Shown in pieces: positions 8,740 through 17,863 of a DNA stretch of 51,545 nt (its first letter is position 1; the number at the start of each line of letters is the position of its first letter). The DNA is taken from sequence record MZ333132.1. One strand, written 5' to 3'. A program made the translations under genes and the position numbers. The notes below the pieces were generated by a model, which was not told where the DNA came from, did no database searches, and was given only the letters and a program-made list of their open reading frames with translations. The stretch comes from Erwinia phage Snitter.

Positions 8740-8961
8740 AATCCAGAATCTCTCCGGGCATTCTTTTTTATAGTCGAACGCATCCATGCAGATTCGCGAC
8801 TCCCATAAAATAAAATCATTATCGTCCTTGATTTCTTCGAATGACATATCAAGAGATGATGCTGTCTCAAATGCATCATGCAAGTATCCCATCAGGATCA
8901 GGCGTTGAACAACCATCGCCTTATACAACTCAGCCTTCTGGCTTTCGCTGATTCGTTCCAT
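8731..8961 (-). CDS. Hypothetical protein
   Basis: Probably starts MERISESQKAEL within ORF 8731..8979. Confidence 0.5.
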   Translation of the reverse strand: MERISESQKAELYKAMVVQRLILMGYLHDAFETASSLDMSFEEIKDDNDFILWESRICMDAFDYKKECPERFWIQH

Positions 8962-8975
8962 GTTGATCTCGGTAA

Positions 8976-9722
8976 TCATTTGAACTTCACCTTACGTTTA
9001 TTTTTCACGGATGCGCAAATATCTGAGATCGTCACATAATGGGTTTGCTGTTTCTCGCCTTCCTTAAGCTTTCTCATAACGAAGATAACGCTGCCCTTAT
9101 TGTTGTTGTCAACGGGCTTGCCAGTTTCGCCGGAAAGGAATGCAAGTCGGCCAGATCGCTGAGACTTAATAAAGAAATCATCAACATCATCACCTATATA
9201 TTCCATCTCAACATCGCCCACAATCCAGATGATTTCCGCAGCGTGCATCTGAGCAATACGGAACCATGCGGTTGAGTTGTCAGCCGGAAGAAGAATGTCA
9301 ATCTGGTTATCGTGCTGCATCTGCTGGACGGTCTTCATAACGAACGGCAAAGGATGGCTATAGGGCGGGTTTAACCAGATATGTTTGCGCTTACCCCACC
9401 AGCGATTTAAACAGTTTGACTTTTCGTCAATGAACTTTTCGCATACTGCATTACTCTCTTCAGCGGCTGCGTCGAGATCGTATGCGCCAAAACGATCGGA
9501 CATATACTTGATTACGTCGCGATGAGTTGACCATTTATCACGAACCTTGTCTGGAGTTTTTGAGCCAGCATATCTGCGACCAGAAACGGAAAGGCATTTA
9601 GGGGCGAGCAAAGCCTGGTAATGACCGCCAGATGAAAGGCAGTCCGCAATAAGGCTTTCGCGCTCAGCGTCTTCAAGGCTGATAAATGCGTCATTAGTTG
9701 AAACGTCATTCTCATCTTTCAT
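8976..9722 (-). CDS. Phage N6-adenine DNA methyltransferase (Dam-type)
   Basis: FGAYDLDAAAE, HIWLNPPYSHPLPFV, DILLPADNSTAWF; start probably MKDENDVSTN. Confidence 0.85.
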   Translation of the reverse strand: MKDENDVSTNDAFISLEDAERESLIADCLSSGGHYQALLAPKCLSVSGRRYAGSKTPDKVRDKWSTHRDVIKYMSDRFGAYDLDAAAEESNAVCEKFIDEKSNCLNRWWGKRKHIWLNPPYSHPLPFVMKTVQQMQHDNQIDILLPADNSTAWFRIAQMHAAEIIWIVGDVEMEYIGDDVDDFFIKSQRSGRLAFLSGETGKPVDNNNKGSVIFVMRKLKEGEKQQTHYVTISDICASVKNKRKVKFK

Positions 9723-9772
9723 AATCATTCCCGTCAATTAAGATAATGGGCCATTCCCATTTCGTTATGTAA

Positions 9773-9815
9773 ATAATACCCGGATTTCTCCGGGATTGAT
9801 TAGCTATTAGTGCTA
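9773..9815 (-). promoter_or_regulatory. Dyad + 22 bp + TATTAT element, with GC stem
   Basis: Minus strand TAGCACTAATAGCTA-N22-TATTAT; stem CCCGG..CCGGG. Confidence 0.8.
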
Positions 9816-10234
9816 TTCATGGCATATTCAATTGCGATCTTGAATTGCTCAAATCCATACGCTACAGCGGTGAATCCCCCAAGGGTGTGAACCCTGCGAA
9901 GGAATTCCGATTGCTCTTCGCTGACTGGTGACGCCTTTCCCTTTCCGCTCTTATTCACCCGCTTAAGCTCTATCGCAATGAAAGGATACTTGCAGCCAAT
10001 GAAACCAGTCAGGATAACGAAGTCACTAACGCCCTTTAATAGCCCCGCCTGCTGATCGCGTAACGCGCTGACCATCGTTTTAATGCCCTCGTTCGTGGTG
10101 TGCCATGCGAGATATTGCGGATGCATGTAGCGAAGCCAGGACATTGAGTCTACCTGGTGCGCTTCCTCCTTCCTGGTATCCGTGGGATCTCGCTCATAGA
10201 ACTCAAGGTAATGCCCTTTATCAGTTATCATCAT
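9800..10234 (-). CDS. VRR-NUC-type nuclease
   Basis: GVSDFVILTGFIGCKYPFIAIELKR plus EEQSEFLRRVHTLGGFTAVAYGFEQFK. Confidence 0.75.
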   Translation of the reverse strand: MMITDKGHYLEFYERDPTDTRKEEAHQVDSMSWLRYMHPQYLAWHTTNEGIKTMVSALRDQQAGLLKGVSDFVILTGFIGCKYPFIAIELKRVNKSGKGKASPVSEEQSEFLRRVHTLGGFTAVAYGFEQFKIAIEYAMNSTNS

Positions 10235-12266
10235 TTATCCCAAAATCTTTACGCGAGATAATATCCTCGCCTTTTCCATTTTTACGGTGAGTAACCCGAA
10301 TCGGCTTTGCAAACTTGTGCTTCTGACTCACGATCTTTAATGCGTTCCTAACACCTAACAGGTAAGAGTGAGACGCCTTGTCCTGGACATGAACCAGCAC
10401 GGCCTTTTGCTTAAACATCGTGTGACATACCTGCGCGGCTGACTGAGGAAAGAATCGCTCATAAGCCTTAAACTCAACGCCTTCACTATCCCGAAGCAGA
10501 TAGGAGAATACAACTCCAGTCCTGTTCTTTGTGGGGATTATGTCGAACTCAACCACGTCGCACCAGTCGTTTTTCGTGTAAGCCTTCCCGGTCAACTTCA
10601 TATTGGGATCTACCAGCGACACATCGCAGTTTCGGCAAATCCTGGCAACAACGTCATTCATTGTCCCGCAACCTTTAACTAAAACTTCCTGCGTCCTTGG
10701 GTCTAACTGATCTGAGCAAACCTGAGACTTCCAGAAATGCTCACATCGAGCGCCCCTTTCGTCTGTTGATATGCAGCGCCTTGCGTAAAAGCTGTTCATT
10801 GTCTGGCATATCGGGCATGTCTTAGGGTCTTTCTCTCCGTCGAATCTGCGCTGGTACATTGACTGCTCAAGGATAGGATCGAAGTAAAGTTGTCCAAGCT
10901 CATCCATAGTCCCGGCAAAGTCCCAAACAAGGTGATCATCCTTTACCATGCCCATTTCCTTTTGGAATGGCTTGAGCAATCGCATACCTCGCCCGAGCAA
11001 CTGAATGAGAAGTGTCAGGCTACCTATTTTCCTCAGTATTACGCTGAAGTCCCAGTTAGGCACGTTGACGCCAGTTGTCAAAGCCATTACCTGGAAGGTG
11101 TACTTTATTTTCCCGGCCCTAACATCATCAAGGATTTTTTGCCTCTGCTTTGGCCCGGTCTTATCCGTTATGATTGCGTAAGTAGATCCCTCTGGTAATG
11201 CGTCTGCTGCTTCCTGGCAGTGCCTCTGTCCTGAGCACGTAATCAGCACGGCGTTTCGCTTTTGCGCCTCTTCAGCAACCTTGCGCATAATGGCTTGCGT
11301 CATTGACAGAGAATCATGAATCTTCTTCTCCATCGCTTTCATTTCCTTTGAGCTGAAGTCCGCCGTTCCGCCCGTGCTTTCTGATGCGCTGAACTCTGCA
11401 AGATCGTATTTCAGACCGCCAGTGCTCCCGAATACAGTAGGGACAACGGAACCAAATTCAACAAGGTAAGAGGTGTCGATGTTTGTCACCTGTTCGCGCC
11501 AGAATCCCCTAAACTTTTTATTCTCAACGAGGATAGGGGTAACTCCGCGAAACTCCGATCCTGTCATTCCGAAAACCCTCAGCTCTCGACCATGAGTCGC
11601 CAGGCATCTATTCATCAACTCAATGATGATTAGCGTGTACTGTGCTCTCTTGGTTCCCTTAACAACGACGTGCATCCGCTCATCTGGCATCGGCGTGCCG
11701 CGCTCAACAACAGCGCCGTCAATCATATAAGGCTCATCGTCAGATCTTGACATCTGGTCAACTGACTCTTTGTTTTCTATCGCCTGGGCGAGATCTTCCC
11801 AGTCAACCTGATGGCATTCATCTATCCCAACAACCATAGGCACGAAGTCACCGAGTGCTTTATTCAGGCCATTGGCAACGCTTCCCTCTGAGCCAACAAC
11901 GATCGGAAAGTATGCGCTCTTGGTGTTTAATCCTGCGCAGTAAACTGAGTTTGGAACGCCGAAGTTGGTTAGCTCTTCCGAGTCTTGGGAAACGATCTCA
12001 GCCTGCCTGGCGAAGATAGCCATAGATAGCCCCATCTTTTTAACCTGAGCCGCTACCATTGCGAAACCAACTGTTTTACCAGCCGAAACCGACGCCTTAA
12101 CGTAAAATGGATGTTCATAGTTTGCGATGCGCTTTGCTATCTCTGCATACATGACGCATTGATAAGGATACGGAACCATGTCGCCGAATGTGAAACGCTC
12201 TTGAAGCGCCTTAATGCGCTCATCTCCTAACTCATCGATTTGCTTCTGTATTGATTTGATTATCAC
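10221..12266 (-). CDS. SF2 (DEAD/DEAH-type) helicase with Cys-rich C-terminal region
   Basis: Walker A VSAGKTVGF, Walker B VVGIDECHQ, motif VI QLLGRGMRLL; CPICQ..C..C, CRNC clusters. Confidence 0.85.
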   Translation of the reverse strand: MIIKSIQKQIDELGDERIKALQERFTFGDMVPYPYQCVMYAEIAKRIANYEHPFYVKASVSAGKTVGFAMVAAQVKKMGLSMAIFARQAEIVSQDSEELTNFGVPNSVYCAGLNTKSAYFPIVVGSEGSVANGLNKALGDFVPMVVGIDECHQVDWEDLAQAIENKESVDQMSRSDDEPYMIDGAVVERGTPMPDERMHVVVKGTKRAQYTLIIIELMNRCLATHGRELRVFGMTGSEFRGVTPILVENKKFRGFWREQVTNIDTSYLVEFGSVVPTVFGSTGGLKYDLAEFSASESTGGTADFSSKEMKAMEKKIHDSLSMTQAIMRKVAEEAQKRNAVLITCSGQRHCQEAADALPEGSTYAIITDKTGPKQRQKILDDVRAGKIKYTFQVMALTTGVNVPNWDFSVILRKIGSLTLLIQLLGRGMRLLKPFQKEMGMVKDDHLVWDFAGTMDELGQLYFDPILEQSMYQRRFDGEKDPKTCPICQTMNSFYARRCISTDERGARCEHFWKSQVCSDQLDPRTQEVLVKGCGTMNDVVARICRNCDVSLVDPNMKLTGKAYTKNDWCDVVEFDIIPTKNRTGVVFSYLLRDSEGVEFKAYERFFPQSAAQVCHTMFKQKAVLVHVQDKASHSYLLGVRNALKIVSQKHKFAKPIRVTHRKNGKGEDIISRKDFGINDDN

Positions 12267-12304
12267 GGTTTTATATTCCCTTTCAATGCATCTTTAATGG
12301 TGGC

Positions 12305-12347
12305 ATAATAACCCAACTCAAGACTATTCGTTTAACAAAAAGTGCGG
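12305..12347 (-). promoter_or_regulatory. Dyad + 22 bp + TATTAT element
   Basis: Minus strand CCGCACTTTTTGTTA-N22-TATTAT; lies in the divergent gap between helicase and HTH gene. Confidence 0.7.
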
Positions 12348-12357
12348 AGCGATAAAC

Positions 12358-12756
12358 ATGCAAGAAGTTAAGGTTGATAAGCGATCTCTTAATGGCAACA
12401 ATGGTACTCGCCGGGGCTGTGATGTCAAGCCTCGCAAAAAGAAAACAGGCTATTATGTCCTGAAGGATGAGGTTCGAGCCGGGCTGGCCGCAAGGCTTGA
12501 GATCGTCATGGAGTATTACGGCGGAATGGCTAAGATGGCCCGAGAGCTTGGGGTTTCAATCCAGGTTGTTTCTGAATGGAGAAAGCGCGGCATGGTGTCT
12601 GCTTCCGGCGCTAAGAAAATCCACATGTCATATAAGCGTGCCGGGTGTAATGGCTATCGAGCTTCATTCGTGCGGTTTGATTTACGGTTCGACAGCAACG
12701 GGACGCCGCTAACGAAATTCTGCGACAAGCGTCAGTATCTGGACGTGGTTAAATAG
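12358..12756 (+). CDS. Cro/YdaS-like helix-turn-helix DNA-binding protein
   Basis: YYGGMAKMARELGVSIQVVSEWRKRGMVSASGAKKI; GGAG SD; divergent from helicase. Confidence 0.7.
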   Translation: MQEVKVDKRSLNGNNGTRRGCDVKPRKKKTGYYVLKDEVRAGLAARLEIVMEYYGGMAKMARELGVSIQVVSEWRKRGMVSASGAKKIHMSYKRAGCNGYRASFVRFDLRFDSNGTPLTKFCDKRQYLDVVK

Positions 12757-12795
12757 CACGTAATGACAATAAAACCGATCGGGTTAGGCTATAAT
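12754..12795 (+). promoter_or_regulatory. Dyad + 21 bp + TATAAT element
   Basis: TAGCACGTAATGACA-N21-TATAAT; dyad overlaps TAG stop of 12358..12756. Confidence 0.7.
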
Positions 12796-12812
12796 GGCTT
12801 AACCCTTTTTTA

Positions 12813-13745
12813 TTGGTGAATTTTATGATAAACGAAATGTTCCAAAAAGATGATGTCCTTCCTTATATGCGCGGGATGTGGCAGGACGCATTTCAGTCGG
12901 TATGCGGAATGGACAGGTCTGTATTCAACGGTAAGCATCAGTCCTGCCCTGTATGCGGTGGTAAGGATAGATTTCGATGGACTGACAAGCTTGATGAATC
13001 TGGAGACGGCGGTGCTTATTGCAATTCCTGTGGGGGCGATAAGGGCATCGGATGGATGATGAAATTCACCGGGGAAAACTTCAGTGAATGCGTTAACATC
13101 CTTGGCAGATTCTTGGGTAAAGTCCCACAAGAATACGTCATAAAGCAAAACAAGAAGGCGCACCGCGACACGGGTTTCAACTTCGGCAAGCAGATGGATC
13201 ACGAAAGGTGCCAGGCAATACTTGACAGAACTAAAAAGATGGATGTTACAAATTTATCTCGTTATGAGGGTATTTTCTGTGATTCTTTCGATGTTGGGGT
13301 GTCGGCTACCGGGTACGAGATACATGTAATTCCATGCTCGATCGTGTATGAGGATGGGCCGGATTCAGAGTATTGCAACCTGCTCATGATTGATGAGGAA
13401 GGGCGGGAAAAGTTCCAGGCTGGGGAAAGGACGATAGCAGCCGTTTCGGTGATTGGTAAATCTGAGAATTCAATATACCTGGTTAAGGATTGGGTTGATG
13501 GAATGAGAGTGCATCAGGCAACCAATCAGGAAGTGTGGGTTTGCTTCACGGCTCCAAACATCGAGATAGTCGCTTTCAGATACAGGGGGCCGCGAGAGCT
13601 GAGGGTTGCATGTAAATCTGACGACGTGGATTCACTTTGCTCAGCGGAAGAGAGGCAACTCAAGGTGATAATACCCAATGAAAACAACTTCAAGCGGGGG
13701 ATGGTTAAGGGGATCTTTAACGCATCGGACTTGCTGACAAAATAA
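12813..13745 (+). CDS. Primase-type zinc-binding protein (P4-like zinc domain)
   Basis: HQSCPVCGGKDRFRWTDKLDESGDGGAYCNSCGGDKGIGWM; no clear toprim/catalytic motif seen. Confidence 0.65.
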   Translation: MVNFMINEMFQKDDVLPYMRGMWQDAFQSVCGMDRSVFNGKHQSCPVCGGKDRFRWTDKLDESGDGGAYCNSCGGDKGIGWMMKFTGENFSECVNILGRFLGKVPQEYVIKQNKKAHRDTGFNFGKQMDHERCQAILDRTKKMDVTNLSRYEGIFCDSFDVGVSATGYEIHVIPCSIVYEDGPDSEYCNLLMIDEEGREKFQAGERTIAAVSVIGKSENSIYLVKDWVDGMRVHQATNQEVWVCFTAPNIEIVAFRYRGPRELRVACKSDDVDSLCSAEERQLKVIIPNENNFKRGMVKGIFNASDLLTK

Positions 13746-13767
13746 CCCGCTACGGCGGGTTTTTTTA
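13745..13767 (+). terminator. Intrinsic terminator
   Basis: ACCCGCTACGGCGGGTTTTTTT. Confidence 0.85.
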
Positions 13768-13782
13768 TGCCTCGAAGTGTAT

Positions 13783-13807
13783 TATAATTGCTTTGCAAAT
13801 CGTGCTA
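13783..13807 (+). promoter_or_regulatory. TATAAT with the dyad sequence placed over the expected start site, upstream of tailspike
   Basis: TATAATTGCTTTGCAAATCGTGCTA. Confidence 0.45.
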
Positions 13808-13828
13808 TTTAACAGAGGGTAACAATAT

Positions 13829-15763
13829 ATGTCTATTTACAGAAGGGGTTCCGCGTCAATGACTGCTAACGGCGTCATTACAGGGACTGACACGAACTGG
13901 CAAAGCCCGCTTTCACTTATCCGTGTTGGAGCGACGATCGTCTTCCTCACCAACCCGATAAAGATGGCGACGATTTCAGCTGTCGTAAGCCCAACAGAAT
14001 TGAGAGCCATTGATACTGACGGCACTGAGATCGAAAACGCACAGTACATCATACTGCTTCATGACTCAATCACTGTTGATGGCTTGGCTCAGGATGTTGC
14101 TGAGACTCTCCGTTACTACCAAAGCAGCGAGACTGAGCTTTCCTCAGTAATTGAATACCTCAAGGCAATCGATTTTGATGATCTGAAGATTCAGTTGCAG
14201 GCGGCAATCGACGCATCAGAAGTTGCTAAGCAATCAGCTATCGAAGCAAAGGCATCAGAGAACGCTTCGGCGGCAAGCAGCCAAGAGGCAACAGAACAGG
14301 CTGCCGCATCAAAGGCTTCACAGGATGCAGCGAAGGTAAGCGCTGACAGTGCGGCTGAAAGTGCTGCCAATGCCGCTGCTCAGTTATCAGGCTCTATCAA
14401 GTATCGCGGTAATCCAGGTGCATCAATCGATGATGTTAACCAGATGTTACCACAAACAGACATCATCGGCGTTTGGGACTTTGGTTCCTCCGATGCATAT
14501 TCGCTACCTAACGTTCCAGAGGCTGTACCAGGATCTCTTGAGGTTGCTCCTGATGGCTCGTTTGGTGGGATGCAGATTTACACCACTGAGAAGGGTAATC
14601 AGTATGTAAGGGCGTTAACATCGGATACCGAATGGTCTGCATGGGCGATGGTTGGATACATGGGTAACACTATAACGGTTGCTTCAAACCTTGATATTCT
14701 TGTTGCTCCAGGTCGGTATTCAACAGCATCAAATACTCCTGTAGATTCACAGATTGGAATCATTGAAGTTAGTTCCATGAATTCAGGCGAAATCGTTCAG
14801 ACATTCAAGGCCATATCATCAAGCGAATCAGAAAGCAATAAGATATACCAAAGAAGTGCTACGGGATCTCCATTGGTTTGGACTGCATGGATTCAGTTTG
14901 TTACGGCTAACCTTAACGGTATTTCTCAGGCATTGCGCGGCGTTGGCTCAAGCTTAACTCTCGGCACTGACGGCTCCGCACCAATGGACGCAACAACCCT
15001 CCGCCAGGTTGAGCAGTCTGCCGAATCAGTGGTAAAAAAAATCAGGGCAATCACTGAGAAGCCCGAAATGATTGCTCATCGTGGCTTTGCCGGTATCTAC
15101 CCGGAAAATACGATGATTGCTTACCGGATGGCAGCTAATAGTGGCGCTGATGCACTGGAAGGTGATGTATCAGTAACCGCTGATGGTGCGCGGGTTATCT
15201 GTCATGACGATACGGTGGATCGTACATCCAACGGCACCGGGACAATCACCGCGCTTAACCTTACATATTTACGCGGACTGGACTTTGGAACGAAATTTAA
15301 CGTTGCATTCGCTGGCGAGCGGATCCCGCTGCTATCTGACGTCCTAGCATTCTGCAAACTAAACGGCCTCCGTTATTACCCTGAGCTTAAAAATCTGCGC
15401 ACCATTGCAGACACTGACCTGGTTGTGTCAGACATTCTCGCGGCAGGAATGGAAGACAATGTAGTTGTGCAGTGCTTTGATATTGCATACTTGCAGCGCG
15501 TAAGAACGAAGCATAAGACGATGGCTGTTGGTTATCTTTTCTCCGCACTGCCGACTGCGTCCGATTTGGATGCCCTAGCGGCAATCGGAAATGCTTACCT
15601 GCTGCTTAATTTCTCGGTGGCAACTTCAGCGGTGGTTTCCCAGTGCAATACGCGAGGGATAAAAATTGCCGTCTGGACAATTAATAAATCTGGCGACTTA
15701 GCGTCTATGAGGGCGTTGGGAATCAATAAAGTCATGGGTAACTACCCATTAAAGGGCGATTAA
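13829..15763 (+). CDS. Tailspike/tail fibre with C-terminal glycerophosphodiester phosphodiesterase (GDPD) domain
   Basis: Ala/Ser-rich coiled region after a short N-terminal domain; C-terminal IAHRGFAGIYPENTMIAYRMAANSGADALEGDVSVTADGARVICHDDTVDRTSNGTG (canonical GDPD HRG/PENT/ExD/HD motifs). Confidence 0.85.
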   Translation: MSIYRRGSASMTANGVITGTDTNWQSPLSLIRVGATIVFLTNPIKMATISAVVSPTELRAIDTDGTEIENAQYIILLHDSITVDGLAQDVAETLRYYQSSETELSSVIEYLKAIDFDDLKIQLQAAIDASEVAKQSAIEAKASENASAASSQEATEQAAASKASQDAAKVSADSAAESAANAAAQLSGSIKYRGNPGASIDDVNQMLPQTDIIGVWDFGSSDAYSLPNVPEAVPGSLEVAPDGSFGGMQIYTTEKGNQYVRALTSDTEWSAWAMVGYMGNTITVASNLDILVAPGRYSTASNTPVDSQIGIIEVSSMNSGEIVQTFKAISSSESESNKIYQRSATGSPLVWTAWIQFVTANLNGISQALRGVGSSLTLGTDGSAPMDATTLRQVEQSAESVVKKIRAITEKPEMIAHRGFAGIYPENTMIAYRMAANSGADALEGDVSVTADGARVICHDDTVDRTSNGTGTITALNLTYLRGLDFGTKFNVAFAGERIPLLSDVLAFCKLNGLRYYPELKNLRTIADTDLVVSDILAAGMEDNVVVQCFDIAYLQRVRTKHKTMAVGYLFSALPTASDLDALAAIGNAYLLLNFSVATSAVVSQCNTRGIKIAVWTINKSGDLASMRALGINKVMGNYPLKGD

Positions 15764-15764
15764 A

Positions 15765-16556
15765 ATGATTGATTTAATGTGTGAGCGGAATTTCGGGACT
15801 AATTTCTGGCAGTCTCAAGGCAATGGGTTAACCGCATCTGATAGCGTGCTTACGATTACCGGGCAAAGCTCCCAGCGCTATGCAACCTACATGGTTTACC
15901 CAGGACAAACGCTGTTTTTCCGGGTCAATGCCAGATGCATGGGGGCAATTGGTGGGGTGGTAAAGCTTGAGGCAGAGAACAAAGGAACCATTGTTGATAA
16001 CATTGATCTCCCAGTCTCCCCTGACTATCAGGTTGCTGAAGTGTCATATACCTGCCCGCCAAACAAGTTAACTGGCGTTGCTGTGATGGCAATTGTGGCT
16101 AACACTGGCAATGCCACTGCGGCGACCGTTTCTAACTTCTATGCGCCTTCCGTGCGTCTTGCTGGTGGCTGTGGTGGGGTTAGCGCTATGCGAACACTGG
16201 CTTGCGGACTTATTCATATTGCGTCATCGCTGGCTGATAAGGTCGAGATAAATTCCGGCTTTATTAATGACGGAATCGCATCAATATCAGCAACAGCAAC
16301 CACAATCACCATTGTAACTGAGCATGTTTATGCTGATTGGGTAAACGTAATGCAAGGTAAGCGCCCGCTGGCATTTATCACGCCGACAAGCGAGGGTGGG
16401 GCCATGCTTTACACTGCCGGATCAATTGGCCCAGTTTCTGGGTCAGACCAAAGGATAAAGGTTGATATACAGCTCTGGGATCCGAGCACAAAAGCGGTAA
16501 TTAATCCTACAACAGTGGCAAACGCCTACTTTACTTTTGAGATTAAAATGCCATAA
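15765..16556 (+). CDS. Virion-associated/tail fibre-associated hypothetical protein
   Basis: Directly follows tailspike gene; beta-rich composition. Confidence 0.5.
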   Translation: MIDLMCERNFGTNFWQSQGNGLTASDSVLTITGQSSQRYATYMVYPGQTLFFRVNARCMGAIGGVVKLEAENKGTIVDNIDLPVSPDYQVAEVSYTCPPNKLTGVAVMAIVANTGNATAATVSNFYAPSVRLAGGCGGVSAMRTLACGLIHIASSLADKVEINSGFINDGIASISATATTITIVTEHVYADWVNVMQGKRPLAFITPTSEGGAMLYTAGSIGPVSGSDQRIKVDIQLWDPSTKAVINPTTVANAYFTFEIKMP

Positions 16557-16561
16557 AACTA

Positions 16562-16586
16562 AGGGAGCCTTATAGGCTCCCTTTTT
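16562..16586. terminator. Bidirectional terminator between convergent genes
   Basis: AGGGAGCCTTATAGGCTCCCTTTTT. Confidence 0.85.
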
Positions 16587-16588
16587 AA

Positions 16589-17053
16589 TTAGAATGGAAT
16601 GTCGTCGTCAAAGTCCATAGGTGGTTCATTGCTTTGAGGCTGGCTTTGTCTATGCTGGTTTTGCTGAGGTTTCTGATTAGGCTGCTGAGGCTGGCCCCAA
16701 CCCTGATTACCGCCGCCCTGATTGCCGCCCTGGTTGCTTGACTGGAAGGCCATTAATCGAGGATTGATGCAGTTTAGTGTAATATAATTATTTCCGTTAC
16801 TTTCACGCTGCTCAATGCCAAGTGTTTCGGCTGAGATTGTGACAAACTTTCCCTTAGCCAACCAATCACGGTAGTAAGGAAGCTGGCGCTCGTTGGCAAA
16901 GAATGCCGCGCGATAATTGGTGTATTGGGTCTGACCTTCGCGATCTTTGTGCTTCTCTGAAAGCTCGACGATGAATAAGGTATATGGCCCTTTCTGTCCT
17001 GAGCCGTCTTTGGTGTAGACTTCTTTGCGAATCTCGCCGCTAATTACATGCAT
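16589..17053 (-). CDS. ssb: Single-stranded DNA-binding protein
   Basis: Gln/Asn/Gly-rich linker and acidic C-terminal tip PMDFDDDIPF. Confidence 0.8.
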   Translation of the reverse strand: MHVISGEIRKEVYTKDGSGQKGPYTLFIVELSEKHKDREGQTQYTNYRAAFFANERQLPYYRDWLAKGKFVTISAETLGIEQRESNGNNYITLNCINPRLMAFQSSNQGGNQGGGNQGWGQPQQPNQKPQQNQHRQSQPQSNEPPMDFDDDIPF

Positions 17054-17088
17054 GTTTTTTCCTTTTGGGGGATTGCTCCCCAGGTTGA

Positions 17089-17790
17089 TTAGGCAAATGT
17101 TGAGATATCTTCTGAGGGTTTATTCTGCCCTTCTGATGGCTTCTCGTCAACCGCCTTGTTTACTGGCTCGGGCTTATTTGGATTGAATCCAGATTGCTTT
17201 GCTGGCGCTTCGGGCTTTGCTTCACCTGTCTTAGCAGTCTCTTCAGCCGAAGTGATCTCTGCGTTACGCTCAAGAAGGAACGGATGAGCAATTTTCCAAT
17301 CCCCGGCGCTAAGCTGTGCTTTAGCAGATGCGAAAAGCTTACGAAGAGAATCGATGTCAGTAATCTGAGCGGCACGCTTTTTAACGTCCTCAGCGCTCAT
17401 CTTAGCGATCTCTGCATCATCATCGGACTGACTGATTCCAAGTGCGGCGGCAAGAGCATAGCGTCGCGCATATGACGTTGTTGAGCCATAAGCCTGAGCC
17501 GTCTTCTTCTCAATCGGCATATTGTACTGAAAGGACATGAACTCACCCGAGACGTGAAGTAGCATTGTCTCAAGGTGCATAACGGTCTCTGTACTCGTAT
17601 CCAGAACAGACTGCATTACCATGATCGAGTTTGCATTTAGTCCAGGCTCAACAGCCTCAAGAACATCACTCAGTGTTGCGTAAGTGTTCCCCAGGTGGTT
17701 ATTCTTTTTTGACTGCTTGGCCTTAACGAACTGAGCTTTTGCTTTGATGATTGCCGGGGCAATGTTGAGAATACTTTCTGACTGTTTCAT
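17089..17790 (-). CDS. erf: ERF-family single-strand annealing recombinase
   Basis: NNHLGNTYATLSDVLEAVEPGLNANSI and AQAYGSTTSYARRYALAAALGIS(Q)SDDDAE. Confidence 0.85.
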   Translation of the reverse strand: MKQSESILNIAPAIIKAKAQFVKAKQSKKNNHLGNTYATLSDVLEAVEPGLNANSIMVMQSVLDTSTETVMHLETMLLHVSGEFMSFQYNMPIEKKTAQAYGSTTSYARRYALAAALGISQSDDDAEIAKMSAEDVKKRAAQITDIDSLRKLFASAKAQLSAGDWKIAHPFLLERNAEITSAEETAKTGEAKPEAPAKQSGFNPNKPEPVNKAVDEKPSEGQNKPSEDISTFA

Positions 17791-17821
17791 TTTTAATTCC
17801 TGAAGTTAATTTGATAAGGGG

Positions 17822-17863
17822 ATTATAATTTAATCCCCAATCATTTCTTAGCTTTTCGTGCTT
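17822..17863 (-). promoter_or_regulatory. Dyad + 21 bp + TATAAT element
   Basis: Minus strand AAGCACGAAAAGCTA-N21-TATAAT, upstream of the ERF gene. Confidence 0.6.

Noticed and set aside
8459-8761. Extended 100-aa version of the ORF starting at 8761.
   Set aside because: The extra N-terminal part would span the promoter-like element 8697..8739; the start at 8665 is more credible.
15387-15584. Antisense ORFs within the tailspike, helicase, J, tape measure and capsid genes.
   Set aside because: They lie opposite strong coding sequences, have odd composition and no start context; typical shadow ORFs.
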